DNA of 64,000 nucleotides from Glaucostegus cemiculus (lineage: Eukaryota). The first letter of the stretch is position 1. Every line of letters begins with the position of its first letter. The position numbers were made by a program, and so were the translations under genes. Of the stretch, positions 53,100-64,000 are shown in pieces. The notes under the pieces were generated by a model. It had not been told where the DNA came from and did not search any database. It saw nothing but the letters and a program-made list of their open reading frames with translations. Location of the stretch: the NCBI GenBank assembly GCA_976551045.1, contig CDPCPM010000123.1, forward strand, positions 1,984,001 through 2,048,000. The letters are read 5' to 3'.

Positions 53100-54450
53100 T
53101 ATCCATGTTTAAACGACAGTTAGACAGGTACATGGATAGGAAAGGCTTAAAAGGTTATGGGCCAAACATGGGCAAATGGAATTAGCTTGTATGGGCATCT
53201 TGGTCGGCATGGACCAGTTGGGCTGGAGGGTCTGTTTCCATGCTGTATGACTATTTATCTTTTACTAGTTACTTACTGAATTAATCCAAAAATTCAAATC
53301 AGCTGGTTATTTTAGATCACTCATCTGCAAACATTTCTTTCTCAGTGATCTCAAAAAATATTCTAGCTGGCTTTAAAATTGGCCAGATGCGAATGAATGA
53401 AAATGAGTTTTTAAGTGAATTGGCAAAATGTTGGCAAGTGGAGTAAAATGTGGTAAAAAGAAATTGTTCACTTAGCAAGGAAAAATGATAGAACTGATCA
53501 TTTAAAGGGAGAAAGACTGTAAAGAACTGCAACACAAATGGATGGAGAGGTTGTTTTGCATGAAAACATAAAAATACTTAAAGGTGCAGTGGGTAAGGAA
53601 GGGGTCATGGAATGCTGGTTTTCTTTAAAAAAAAAAGGGTTTGGTGTAGAAAAGCAGGGAAACTTTGCTATAAGGCACAATAGTAAAGCCACATCTGGAG
53701 TACTGTTAAAGTTTTGGTCCCCTTATTTAAAGATATATTACAGTTGGTGGCAGTTCACAAAGATGAAAATAAAAAAATGTAGTTGATGGAAACCCAAAAT
53801 ACAAACAATCTGCTAAAAACACAACAACTGGACAGCTTCTACAGAAAGAAAAATTAGTTAATGTTTCAAGTCGAAACCCCTTATCGGAGCTGGTAAAGAC
53901 AGAAAACTAGTTTTAAGTTGCAGAGAGGATGGGAAACAGTCAAATAACCCAAAGGAACCACCAATGAGATGATCTCATATATGGAGGTATCATCTAATAA
54001 GGAATGATTGAACATGTCTAGTCTGGACTCATTGAGTTTAGAAGTAAGAGGCAATCTAGTTTATTTCAGGAAACTGCATGAGATGAATGCTGGGAGCCTG
54101 TTTATCCTAATGGGAGAATATAGGACCAGTAGGTGTCTATTTATTTAAAAATTTCTTTGAACAGCTGCAAGTTTCTTGAATAGCTTGTTACAGAAAGCTG
54201 TGGAGCCCAAATCCTTGAATACATTCAAAGCCGAGATAGACAGACTTTTAAGCAGTAAGGAAACTGAAGGTTATGCAAATATGGAAAGAGTGGACTTGAG
54301 GAAAGCTGAAATCATTAGAAAAACTAAATAGTTAAATTTTATCTTGCGATGCAAGAGCTATGAGGAAGATTGGTCATGATCTTATTGAAAGGTGAAGCAA
54401 GCTCAAGGAGTTGAATGCCCTGCTCCTGTACGTACTTCTTGCAATCTTAA
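53100..54450 (+). mobile_element. CR1 fragments with an intervening Penelope pLTR piece (~53790-53960)
   Basis: CR1 tail at 53100-53255. LAKCWQVE*NV.K and SGVLLKFWSPYLK remnants. pLTR segment TTAATGTTTCAAGTCGAAACCCCTTATCGG. Confidence 0.6.
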
Positions 54451-56694
54451 CCACAAATATATCAGTTTACAAATAGTATTAAAAGTAATGGACATTTCCT
54501 TTAACTACCTTGTGTGAATTTGCCCAATATTACAGGTGAATATCAGCTATGAGCTTGTTGCCCTCCAAGAAACTTAATGTACTGAAATTTGACAAACAAT
54601 TATTATTGTCTAAGTGGCTAGCAGGAACACTTCACAAAATAGTGATATGACGGTGGGGTTCACAATTACATGCATTCAACAAATTTATCAACTACATTGG
54701 TTTTGAGATTAGAGTTCAGTCTTCCATGTCTGCATCTTTTTAGTTAACCATGCAACTTGTATTATTTGATGGCAATTTTCAAATATATTGCTTCTCATTT
54801 GTTAAAAAAAATTAGGATTAATATAACAAAAGTTGGCACGAGCAGCCTTTCCTATTTTCACATTATATTATAACCATGCAAAATTTCATCTTCATGTTTG
54901 TCAATAATTTAAGGGTATATGATTTACGGAAAGATATGCTAGGCATTGGTGATAGGAGTACAACAGTTTTTCGGTGTAATATATTAGGAAGCATGAAAAT
55001 TTAAAATCAAATTTACACCAATTAAATTAAAACAGGTGACTTGCTGGCACTAAATTAAGCACAAAAGTTGTTATTCCGTAAAGAGTACATAAACTTCATT
55101 TTCCTGGACATACAATTTTATTTATCTTTGCAATATTCTCATCATAATATCAAAAAGGACATCCACTGCCACTAATAGGTAGGGACAATTAACATGTTGA
55201 CTTTCTCGCTCAAATTTGAAAGAAGGAGCAATATCCTCGTTCACAGTTTAAATATGCTTAGGATCAAGTCCCCTGAAGTTACAATAGATAAAAACATAAG
55301 TGATGAAAAAAGGTGCACAATGCAAATAACTAGCAACTCACGACCAATATAGATATCTAATTAGGACATTATGTCTCTTAAAGTAGAGCAATTTCTCCTT
55401 ATTCAAGTGACAGACAAGTTCTTAGCAAGTTATACCCTGAACAGATTCCAAAATTGTATGCCAACTTCTTCCTGCAACTGTTACTAAAGAATACCAACTT
55501 AATACTATAAACATAATTTTGTTTCATGCCATGCTCTTTCGTATTAACAATAAGTATGTTGCAAATCTGAAGCCCTGACTACTATTCCAATGCAAAAGCT
55601 AACCTGAAATTCTCTAACATGTTGACCAATTATTGAGTACATATTGTCTCTGCCCGTGCAATTTCTTTGGGTGTGAAATCTCAAGATTCTAAATTTCAAT
55701 TTCTTCAGTTTTTGGGATGAGGCTTCAAAGGAATCAGGTTAAATCATTCATATAATGCTGGTGCTACTTATTAACATTACTATCTTGTGCAGGAAGAAGG
55801 GAAAATGTTCTAGATGGGAGATAGACAAAGTGTTTTCACTCAATTGTCAGGACCTAGAATATTTTTGCTCAACAAGTAGAATTAAGTCTGTAATTTCAAC
55901 AAGTGAGGTTGCAAGAGCAAGGCAGATGGACACACAGAGACATGGACACAAGCATGATTTAGCACAACTATGTTATCAAAAATTCAAAACATGCACGATT
56001 GGCAAAGTGGCCTACTTCCCTGTAGATTTCTGTGATTCCACATTGTGAGAAAAATGTGAATAAGATTTTTGTTAAAAATAATCAGGCTAAACATACTAAT
56101 CTACTCTCATATTTCATTTGTAATCAACTCATGTCCCGTGCAATATACTGATCCAAGGAAAATGCAACCTCATGAATAGATTCGTAATGATACAAAATAT
56201 ACAAGTTTCAGGTTTTATTCAAATTTCACAGCATGCATTGTGTGCATTATTCTATTATGTATGCCTCTGTAGAGTGCTATACTATTCTGTGCTAAACACA
56301 AACTCAAATAAAATTAGGTCATTCCAAGGACATGGGTAGTACTTTTATGAAATGTGAACAATACCTCAAGTAAATGTGTCATTAAAAAAGCAGGACTACA
56401 GCTGCAAGAAATGTTTAGAATTGGATGGAGCAAGATCATGGATGGATTTGAGGATATCATAAATTTAACAAGGGCAATGCTATTGAGATTCATAGATAGA
56501 CAAATGATTGGGGAGAAAGCCAAGATTGGGTTAATATAACAGTCCTAGGTCTGACATAAATAAGGTTGAAATACGAGACAGGTTACATAGACAAATAAAT
56601 CTAACAATTGGTTAACTATTAATACACTGACTTCATGTTCATTAATAACATCATATTCAAAACAAAATTCCTAGTTTAAGTCAGCTGTTCTCAC

Positions 56695-56786
56695 CTGTGG
56701 CATTTTCCAAAACACTTTTACCATATTTGAGCACACAGTGTACACTCGGGCACAGGAACAAACTTCTGTTCAACTTACATTGACGC
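56695..56786 (-). other. Candidate small internal (5' UTR) exon
   Basis: Acceptor TTCTTGCATCCTCCTATCAG|GCG, donor CAG|GTGAGA, and an internal alternative donor AAT|GTAAGT at 56778. Splice signals only. Confidence 0.3.
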
Positions 56787-57856
56787 CTGATAGGAGGATG
56801 CAAGAATGTTGCGCGCAATGCCTCATTTTTTGAAATACATCTTAGCATAAAACTAAACTTTTCCCCACTTTTCTAACATCACAAACTTTAGAACCTAATG
56901 AAAACCTAATCCCATATCACAATTTATGATGCCAAAAGAAAAAAAAGTGAATTGTGTGTTATCAAAGTCCTACAATTGCTTTTTTAAAAAGGTGTGAATG
57001 CTTATTCCACTCCATTAGGGGTCTGCATATAATCAAAAACACAATTAAACCAGGAAACAATCAGAGCCAGATCTCTAACGCAAAAGGTTCTCAACAACCA
57101 GAACTCAGCATTTAAACCCAACTAATATTAAGTTTATGGAAAGACCATCAAATTGAGACTAAATGGAATTAATCCCAATACAATTCTGTGATTAAGGCCC
57201 CAAAAAGATAATTATTGGCAACTTCAATACTCTTATTTATGATGCCACTAACAATACAACCGAACTTAATAGTCTCTTTGGACAAGTAAAAGCCCAAAGC
57301 ACCACACTTTAAGACACCTTAAACATTCATTCTTTGAAACAATTTGACTATTTACTGATCTTAGTTTACCGTTTGCAGTTATTCCAGATTTTGACATACT
57401 ACAGGTCAACATACTGTCATAATTCTCAACGTGCCACTTTGGGATCTTATACAGCACCTGCATACACCATATAATGAAAACATTTTCTTTAACGTGTATA
57501 TATTGCGATTAAATAACTCATCCTTGCCACCTATTACAATCCGATATTTGAAAAGTATTTATATCAGATATCATTGATGAGTGCTTTACAGAAGTCCTTT
57601 CAAATGGATGTGACTATAGCTAAAAAAGACAAAATAAATTGCAAGTAATGTAGACTGAGTGTCAACACGAGTTCTTGAAACTGCGTCTCATACAGCATAA
57701 AGAAGCCAACGTTTGCTAACCAGGCACAAAAAAAATTCTCGGAATAACTCAAAATAAATAAGAAACCTGCTGTACGTTTTATGTACACAATATATTGTGT
57801 ATTTATAAACCACGTTCGATTACCATGCCCTATGCAGCGTACACTGTGACACTTAC

Positions 57857-58765
57857 AGTACAGTAGGCCAAAGAGTCCATCTTTTGCCTCTCACTCTTGA
57901 AAACTAACACGGAGATTGGACCCCGGAGGAGAAAGGGAGCTCGGCGTCAGGTCGTCCGCCGTGGTGGGGTGGGGAAGTAAGAGAGGTGGGGGGAAGAGAG
58001 GAACAAACTGTGCGAGAAACGAAGGAGAGGCAGGAGGGAGGCGACCCTCTCTGTGCCGGCCTTCCATCACTCCCTCTCCCTCCCTGTGTGTGTCTGTGTA
58101 TTCCGTTCGGCCCCGTCCTGGTTGCCGAGAAGCGGCTTGGGTTTACATTGGAGGAGGGTGATGGTCGGGAGGGGGGGGGGGGAGAAGAGAAAGAAAAAGA
58201 AATAAAACCTCCGCCGAAATCCAGGCTGCAGCCTCCGCCGGTGTGAGTTATAATCGTGTATTTCTTTAATGGTGCCTCTTTTTCCTCCTCTCCCGCCTCT
58301 CGCTGTTCCCCCACCCCCCTCTCCCTCTTTATATTTCACAAAATGGCGCGCACTACAAACCTGCGCAACAGCAAACACCTCCTCGGCGCCGCCTTTTTTC
58401 AAACCCGACTTCCACCTCCCTGCGCTCCTTCGCCAGGCCGACTCGTCCGGGCCGCTCCGACCCACCGACCGACCCCCTCTGACAAATCCAACTTTCTCTT
58501 GGCGCTTCTTCCCCCTCAACCCGGCCGTTGGATCCGCTCCCCCGGAGGCAGCGGGGAGTTCAAGGAGGAGGAGGAGGAGACCGGGAGGTTTGTCGGGGTG
58601 AGGAGGTAGGGAGGAGGGGAGGGGGAGATCTTAAAAAAACACGGCGAAAACAAACGAAAAAAAACCCACACTCCACAAAAAAAATAATCCGAGGCGGGAA
58701 AGACCTGAGAGAAGGCGAAAAAAAATTCTCTCTTCTCCCCGCTAATAACAAAATGGCGGCGGACG
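57857..58765 (-). other. Putative first exon (long GC-rich 5' leader) of an unidentified gene
   Basis: Lies in the CpG island directly downstream of the promoter motifs. YY1 motifs GCCATTTTG near 58749-58760 and 58339-58348. Ends ...AAAAGATGGACTCTTTGGCCTACTGTACT|GTAAGT. The TSS is inferred. Confidence 0.6.
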
Positions 58766-58950
58766 GAGCGTGTTGCTATAGAAACTGTCAATCAACTCGG
58801 GTGCCCCGGATGAGGCACTGACGTTGGCAAGGGGAAAGGCGGGGCCTCATTGCCGGGGATGTTGTCAGTCGGCCCTCTGTGCCCCGGCTGACGCACTGAT
58901 TAATAGGGTGGGGCGTGTTGCCACGGAAACTGTCAATTAAACGTGGCTTT
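57900..58950. promoter_or_regulatory. CpG island / promoter
   Basis: Abrupt rise in GC and CpG density relative to the CpG-depleted, AT-rich remainder of the window, and not repeat-derived. Confidence 0.9.
58749..58940 (-). promoter_or_regulatory. Proximal promoter module: YY1, two RFX X-boxes, PBX/MEIS(PREP) sites, SP/KLF GC boxes
   Basis: CAAAATGGCGGC at 58749-58760. GTTGCTATAGAAAC at 58772-58785 and GTTGCCACGGAAAC at 58917-58930. TGATTGACAG on - at 58794-58785 and TAATTGACAG at 58939-58930. GGCGGGGC at ~58838 and GGGTGGGGCGTG at ~58906. Confidence 0.7.
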
Positions 58951-60879
58951 TTTTTCTCCACCCCCCCCAAACACACACACACACACACCAACTCTTGTTG
59001 CAAGGGAGTGGTCACCCATGGAACCTGCTGTGCTCTGTCTAATGGTTGGTTTCTGCAAAGCTTGAGCAAAACTGTGTCCTTGAAGCAGCAATAACAATTG
59101 ATTTAGGCATCAAAAGCTTTGCAAAAGTTTTGTGCAAAAAAAATCTATCCCCACCCCTCCCCAAAATAGAACGAATCCCAATCTTGCACAGAAACCGACG
59201 TGTGGCCTGAAATCGATGAATGTGTACATGAACTTTTGCTATTTTTTAAAAAAAAGATGCTGGTTCCCCTGCTTTGTTTATATCGTCCAAGGAGAGTGTT
59301 TCTGATTCAAAAATAACGTGCACACTGAAATATATTAAGGGTGGTTACAGAATGGTTTTCGCTCTAGTTGGCTGTGCAGAATTATCCTTTAAAATAGTCC
59401 CTGGGCAGTTTTTAACGATTGAAGTTAAACACTGAGATGCTACTTTTCCAATCTGACAGGCAACACTTTATCTTCCCCGCCCCCTCTCGAAGCCGCAGTG
59501 AATCCTTTATGACATGAACTTGATCGTAAAAGTGTCCTTCCTCCTACGCGGTTTTTTTTTATCGGCTATGGCAGCGAAACGATTGCTTAACAATAGTTTT
59601 AGTTATAAAGGGCAAGCGAACGGATTTTCTCTCCGTTCGCACCAGCTGCCGTGACATTCATAGTTCAAAGATGAGTTACGTGTCTGGCACACACTGCGTG
59701 GCGGATGGTCTTGAGCAGTAGGTAAGCAAGCATATGAAGCTTCAAGGAGCGCAGTCCGTTTGCATTTTGAACAGCTAAACTCTCCCAGTATCAAGAGTTA
59801 ATTGCTCATTTGTTCGTGCTAGCCCTGAGATCTCACGTGCAATCCTGACTGAGGCATATCATTAATTTAGTTTTGTTAAATAAAAGAAAATGATCAACAA
59901 AGTAGATAATTCAACGGTAATAGAATCACACAACGCGGTGCTGAATGACGCATACCTGTATAGTTCCCTAGCTCCTCATGTTAACCTGGCTCAGCCGAGA
60001 ATAATTGCAATTATTTTCAATACCAGCAAATATAGATCTGAGCCCAACTACTCTTTTTCAATACATTGCTGGTATTCGCTATCTGGGCTCACACATTACA
60101 AAATGAGAAAAGGAAATTGAAGATGAATACTATGTTGCAGAAACTCGTCACGTTGCAAACAGGTATCTCAGATGTTCAGCTTTGGTTTAGTTTTATGTGT
60201 GTGCAGACCTCGGCATATGAACTAGTTCTCCCTCTGTCACCCACGGCAGTGAAGTGTGTCACATCAGTGCCCTTTTACTTTGGGGGAGGGAGGGGAAGAA
60301 AATCTCAGGGACTCTCCTGTTAATTAGCCCCACGGATCACGCCGGGTGGGGAAATGCAGAAGCATATTGTCATTTGCTGACCTTGCAATGAACAGCGCGC
60401 ATGTCCTGCGCCTGCAGCACAATGCTCCACAGCAGCAAGCCCGCGTTTTGTCCCGGGTTGAATTGAAACAAGCCTCTGGATTGTGATCTGAATATATCGT
60501 GAAATGTATGCAGTGAGGTACACTGCGTTGTCTGCAATGCCCATACCATGTTAATATATTCCTTCTCAATCACAGACTACACCAATCGCAGAACCAATCC
60601 AGCAACTCGAATTAAAAAAAAACGATGCCCCTTCCTTTTATTTAGCTCGGCTCAGTCTTCAATATCCTATCAGGCATGTGCGTGTGGATTGCTAACTCGC
60701 AGACGCAAATTGGATTGACTAGTGTTAAGGTCTGCGCAAAGCGTCGCTTGTAAACTGCCGGCACGACCTGCTGACCAGCCTATCCGGTCCGAAAGCATTC
60801 TTCGGGATACAGCTGCGTTTCTCCAATTCTCACCGAAACTCCAGAAACATAGGCTGTTCTCGGAAAGCTGGAGCATTTA

Positions 60880-61130
60880 GTTCTCAGCTGATGCCAGTAA
60901 AAGGCACATGTTTTAGTCCTGTCCATCACGGCTTCCAGTCCACGTGTAGTTTTGAGGAATACAGGGGTATTCTGGAATCCCAACAAATGTTTGACCCATG
61001 GCCAATATCATTAAAACATAGTGTCCGACCATTACCTCACTGTTGTCTGTAAATTTACACATACAATAATTCATGGGGTGTAAAATTGCTTTAGAGTGTT
61101 GTCAAAGACATTATATAAATGCAAGTATTT
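60880..61130 (+). mobile_element. Deu-domain SINE, decayed
   Basis: GAGGAATACAGGGGTATTCT...GGCCAATATCATTAAAACA...CATTACCTCACTGTTGTCTGT and the tail ATTATATAAATGCAAGT. Confidence 0.55.
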
Positions 61131-61299
61131 GTTTTGAACGTGCGCATGGTTCATAAATCCATACCATCATCTTCGCCCCTCAAACCTCTTCCTGCCTTCT
61201 GCCCCAGTCCGCACAATATAATCCCATATCTAGTGAGACATCACCAATACATTCGGAGCCCAACTCGCATCCGAAACAATCCACCAGACATTGGCGACG

Positions 61300-61475
61300 G
61301 GTTGCAACACACAAGATGCGGGATGAACTCAGTGGGTCAGGCGGCACTTATGGTCTGTCCAGACGTAAGGTCTCCACCCAAAACGTCGACCGTCCATTTT
61401 CCTCCACACTGTCCATCTCATACCATCCATCTCATATTGTCCATTCCATACTGTCCATTTCCCTCCACACTGTCC
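61300..61475. repeat. Penelope-derived mini-element (61300-61410) running into a short CCA(C/T)ACTGTCCAT minisatellite
   Basis: GAACTCAGTGGGTCAGGCGGCA...AAGGTCTCCACCCAAAACGTCGACCGTCCATT, then about five degenerate repeats of ~14-20 bp. Confidence 0.65.
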
Positions 61476-61489
61476 ACTTCCTTGCTCTT

Positions 61490-62745
61490 GGATGAAATAG
61501 GAAAAGCTGGAATTGCTCAGCAATTCTGACAACATCTGCAAAGTGAGAAACAGTCTTTTGTCAGAACTGAGAAAAAAAATCATATCTCATCAATCTTATT
61601 ACAGAGCAGGGTAAGGTAGAGGAAAGAGAAAAGGGGGGAAAGTGTCTGAAAGGGAAGTATGCAGGATAGATTGGATAACAAAAGGGGGGCAAGTCAAAAG
61701 GAGGTGGTAAGGAATAAAGAAGGAAACAAATGTTTGGACCATTGGAGGTGCAGTTGTGCATAGCAGAATTGTTGCTTGATTTTGTTGAACTTAGTTTTGA
61801 GCCCAGAAGGTGGTGTAATCACTAAATAAAAGATGAGATGCTATTCTTTGAGCTTATGCTATTCCTTGAACTTCACTGAAAGAAACTGAGGAGAGAAGTC
61901 AAAATGAAACTGCAGGGGATTTCAGTGGAGAATTAAAATGACAGGTGACCAAAGCTTGCCCTGGTGCTTGAAGACATGTACCTAAAATGGCCACCCAATC
62001 TATGTTAGCACTCCACTGTGCAAGGGAAACCACACTGTAACCAGAGAATACTATCCACTGAATTGAAAGAATAGCACGAATAGCTGCTTAACCTGGAAGG
62101 AGTTCCAGGACCCTGGACAGTGAAGGTTTGGATTTTGATGTGGAGGGGTGGCAGGGGGAAGAGAAGGTAGGGGGTGGAAGTGCATGCTCTACTGAACCTC
62201 CTGTGGCAACATGAGGTTGTGAGAAGGGTAGTGCAAAGGGAAAGGTAAGTTGAGCATGATTGAAAAATGGAAAAATAGCAAAAGATGATCCGATGACTGT
62301 GGATGCTTGTGAAGAAGAAGAAAGTGAGAATAAAGTGTGAGAGCAGGTGTGGGTAATACAAAGAGCTGTCAACCGTAGTGGCCAGGAAATCATAGGAAAA
62401 ATGGAAGGCAGGTCGGAAACACAGGTACAGAAGGTGGCATCATTAAAAAGGGTTGACCCAGGTGGAGAATGAAAGAGAGTCCTTCCATAAAGGAAGATAT
62501 CTATGTATCTCCATGAGTTAGTGGACTTTTGATGGACATTGGTCAAAAGTCTATAGCTTAGAGGAGGGAAAGGAAGGGATTGGAAGAATGGAAGATAGAC
62601 CAGGTGAGGCTGGCAAAAGGTGCAGACAGAAATTGGAAGCAAAGTTGAAAAAATCCATTGTGGGGCAACAGGCAGAAACAGCATTAATAGAACTTCCCAG
62701 GAAACGAAGTGAGAGAGGGGACTGAGTAGGACTGGAACGTACAGT
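61490..62745 (-). mobile_element. Penelope-like element remnant (RT C-terminus, linker, endonuclease, pLTR)
   Basis: NFASNF, LPF...RLLTNVHQKSTNSWRYID, NDATF, TVQGP and LQCGFPC..E remnants in ORFs 62088-62819 and 62005-62361. Purine-rich 3' tract and pLTR at ~61495-61570. Confidence 0.7.
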
Positions 62746-63479
62746 GTTTCACATACCCCACAAAAAGCTACACAAAGTTTGGACCCAGGCCGGCTCCCAG
62801 AGCAGCACTTTTTATACAAAGTGTGTCCTCATAATGTTGCTTACCATTTTATTATACCCACTATTATTATGTCATTTGAAAAATGTGGCACTTTACCCAC
62901 TCGTAACAAATCCAAATCAATATTGAGGAAAGCAATGATCCCAACAATACTCGATGGGATTCACCATTGTTTTTATGCCTGCACCTTGAATCCACCATTA
63001 AATGGAATTCCTTGTTTTCAGTTCTTTTAACCACATTCATATACAGACTGAGATATTCCCTTCCATGTATGTTCTTCTCTGAACTAAAAATATGTTAACT
63101 TTTGTAGAACTAGGTGACTCACTGTACTCTTACCCAAGTCAATTAATGTGTAGAATGAAAAGGCATTTTAATTGTTTTAAATATTTTTAAAACATTAAAA
63201 GTTGCTGATAATCAGAAACATGTAAGAACAGTTAATAGTCCTTTTACAGAAGTGAATTGTCAAAAAGCAATCAGGTTGTTCCACGGGTGGTGTCTTGGAA
63301 CTGAAAGTGATTTTCTTCAGTCTGAGAAATCTCTTAATTGTAAGCAATGCAAATAGAAAAGGCATGAGATGCGAGTTGGCTAATGATAGGTTGGGAAACT
63401 ACATTAAAACAGTAAATGAGTGGTGGGGCTAATATTTAAAGAATTAGGCATAGTATTTTGCCTTTATAGCACAAAAACA

Positions 63480-63730
63480 CAACATGAAGTCTCTCTGAAG
63501 CAGCCATGGCCATCAAGAGAAGTTAACGATAGTACTAATGATGGTTGCCAGAAAGAGCAGTAAACCCAAGCATTCAGAAAATTCCAGAATTCACCAAAGG
63601 ATTCCAAGGCATGGAGGAAGAAAGAGAAAGTTGAATACAAGAGTAATATATTAGGAAACATTAAAACAGACAGTAAAAGCTTCTATGGATTTAAAAAACG
63701 AGAAAATAAATTAGCAAATTAATTAATATT
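63480..63730 (+). mobile_element. CR1 fragment (endonuclease-RT linker)
   Basis: RKKEKVEYKSNILGNIKTDSKSFYGFKK resembles the CR1 ORF2 linker. Confidence 0.5.
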
Positions 63731-63800
63731 GAAAGATAAAATCAAATATAAACAATGCAAGATACTTTATTAAAAGTGTTAAAAGCTAATTAAGAAAATT

Positions 63801-64000
63801 GACTAACCTAATTCTTACCTTTCTTTCTGGCAGTCCTACAATCCTCATCCCAGTGAAACCAAGTGCAGCAATGAAACAGATTTCCCATGCCATGTGTTTG
63901 GAACCGTAGCAAGTAAATTTCATTGCACTGCACAACTAGAAATTTCCAGGCAGATGTTGGCTAATAATTTCCTGACTCCTGTTTTGCTGAGAAAGACCAT
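63801..64000 (+). other. Strong 3' splice site and start of a candidate + strand exon
   Basis: Branch point GACTAAC at 63801-63807, pyrimidine tract TTCTTACCTTTCTTTCT, CAG at 63831-63833. One frame is open from 63834 to the window end. Confidence 0.35.

Larger units (their letters stand above)
1..57856 (-). other. Putative 5' intron region (first intron, possibly with small non-coding exons) of an unidentified minus-strand gene
   Basis: Begins at the GTAAGT donor (57856-57851) just below the CpG island. No recognisable host coding exon in 57 kb. Most CR1 fragments lie on +, antisense to this gene, and unique sequence is A-rich on + (T-rich on -), as expected for a transcribed intron. Confidence 0.65.

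Noticed and set aside
57857-58765. Assigning a gene symbol (e.g. MBD5 or an RFX-family gene) to the promoter
   Set aside because: Only architectural resemblance; no coding sequence in the window to confirm it.
57904-59069. Numerous overlapping 60-150 aa ORFs on both strands in the CpG island
   Set aside because: Low-complexity, often non-ATG starts, and expected by chance in GC-rich, stop-poor DNA. No known domains.
62088-62819. 243-aa ORF as a host gene
   Set aside because: A mosaic of frames from a decayed Penelope RT, with only short in-frame motif remnants.

Overview
Vertebrate genomic DNA, most likely a cartilaginous fish (shark/ray), inferred from its repeat families: CR1 LINEs with ...GGCCGAAGGGCCTG...TATGTTCTA tails, V-SINE and Deu-domain SINEs, and Penelope-derived elements. 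I recognise no host protein-coding exon. Nearly all ORFs in the supplied track are retroelement debris or chance ORFs. A CpG island at ~57.9-58.95 kb looks like the promoter and ~0.9-kb first exon of a minus-strand gene that I cannot name. It carries YY1 sites, a duplicated RFX X-box + PBX/MEIS composite, three upstream AUGs and a GTAAGT donor at 57856. Positions 1-57856 then behave as that gene's 5' intron region, with an antisense bias of LINEs and an A-rich + strand. That region holds nested retroelements with resolvable target-site duplications, a solo LTR with a sense poly(A) site, inverted pairs of young LINE ends, and many Penelope-derived fold-back mini-elements carrying hammerhead-ribozyme relics. 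It also holds an unexplained ~200-bp duplicated element with a hammerhead-like core. A textbook + strand 3' splice site at 63833 hints at a divergent spliced transcript. Repeat boundaries without TSDs are approximate, and all family calls were made by eye.
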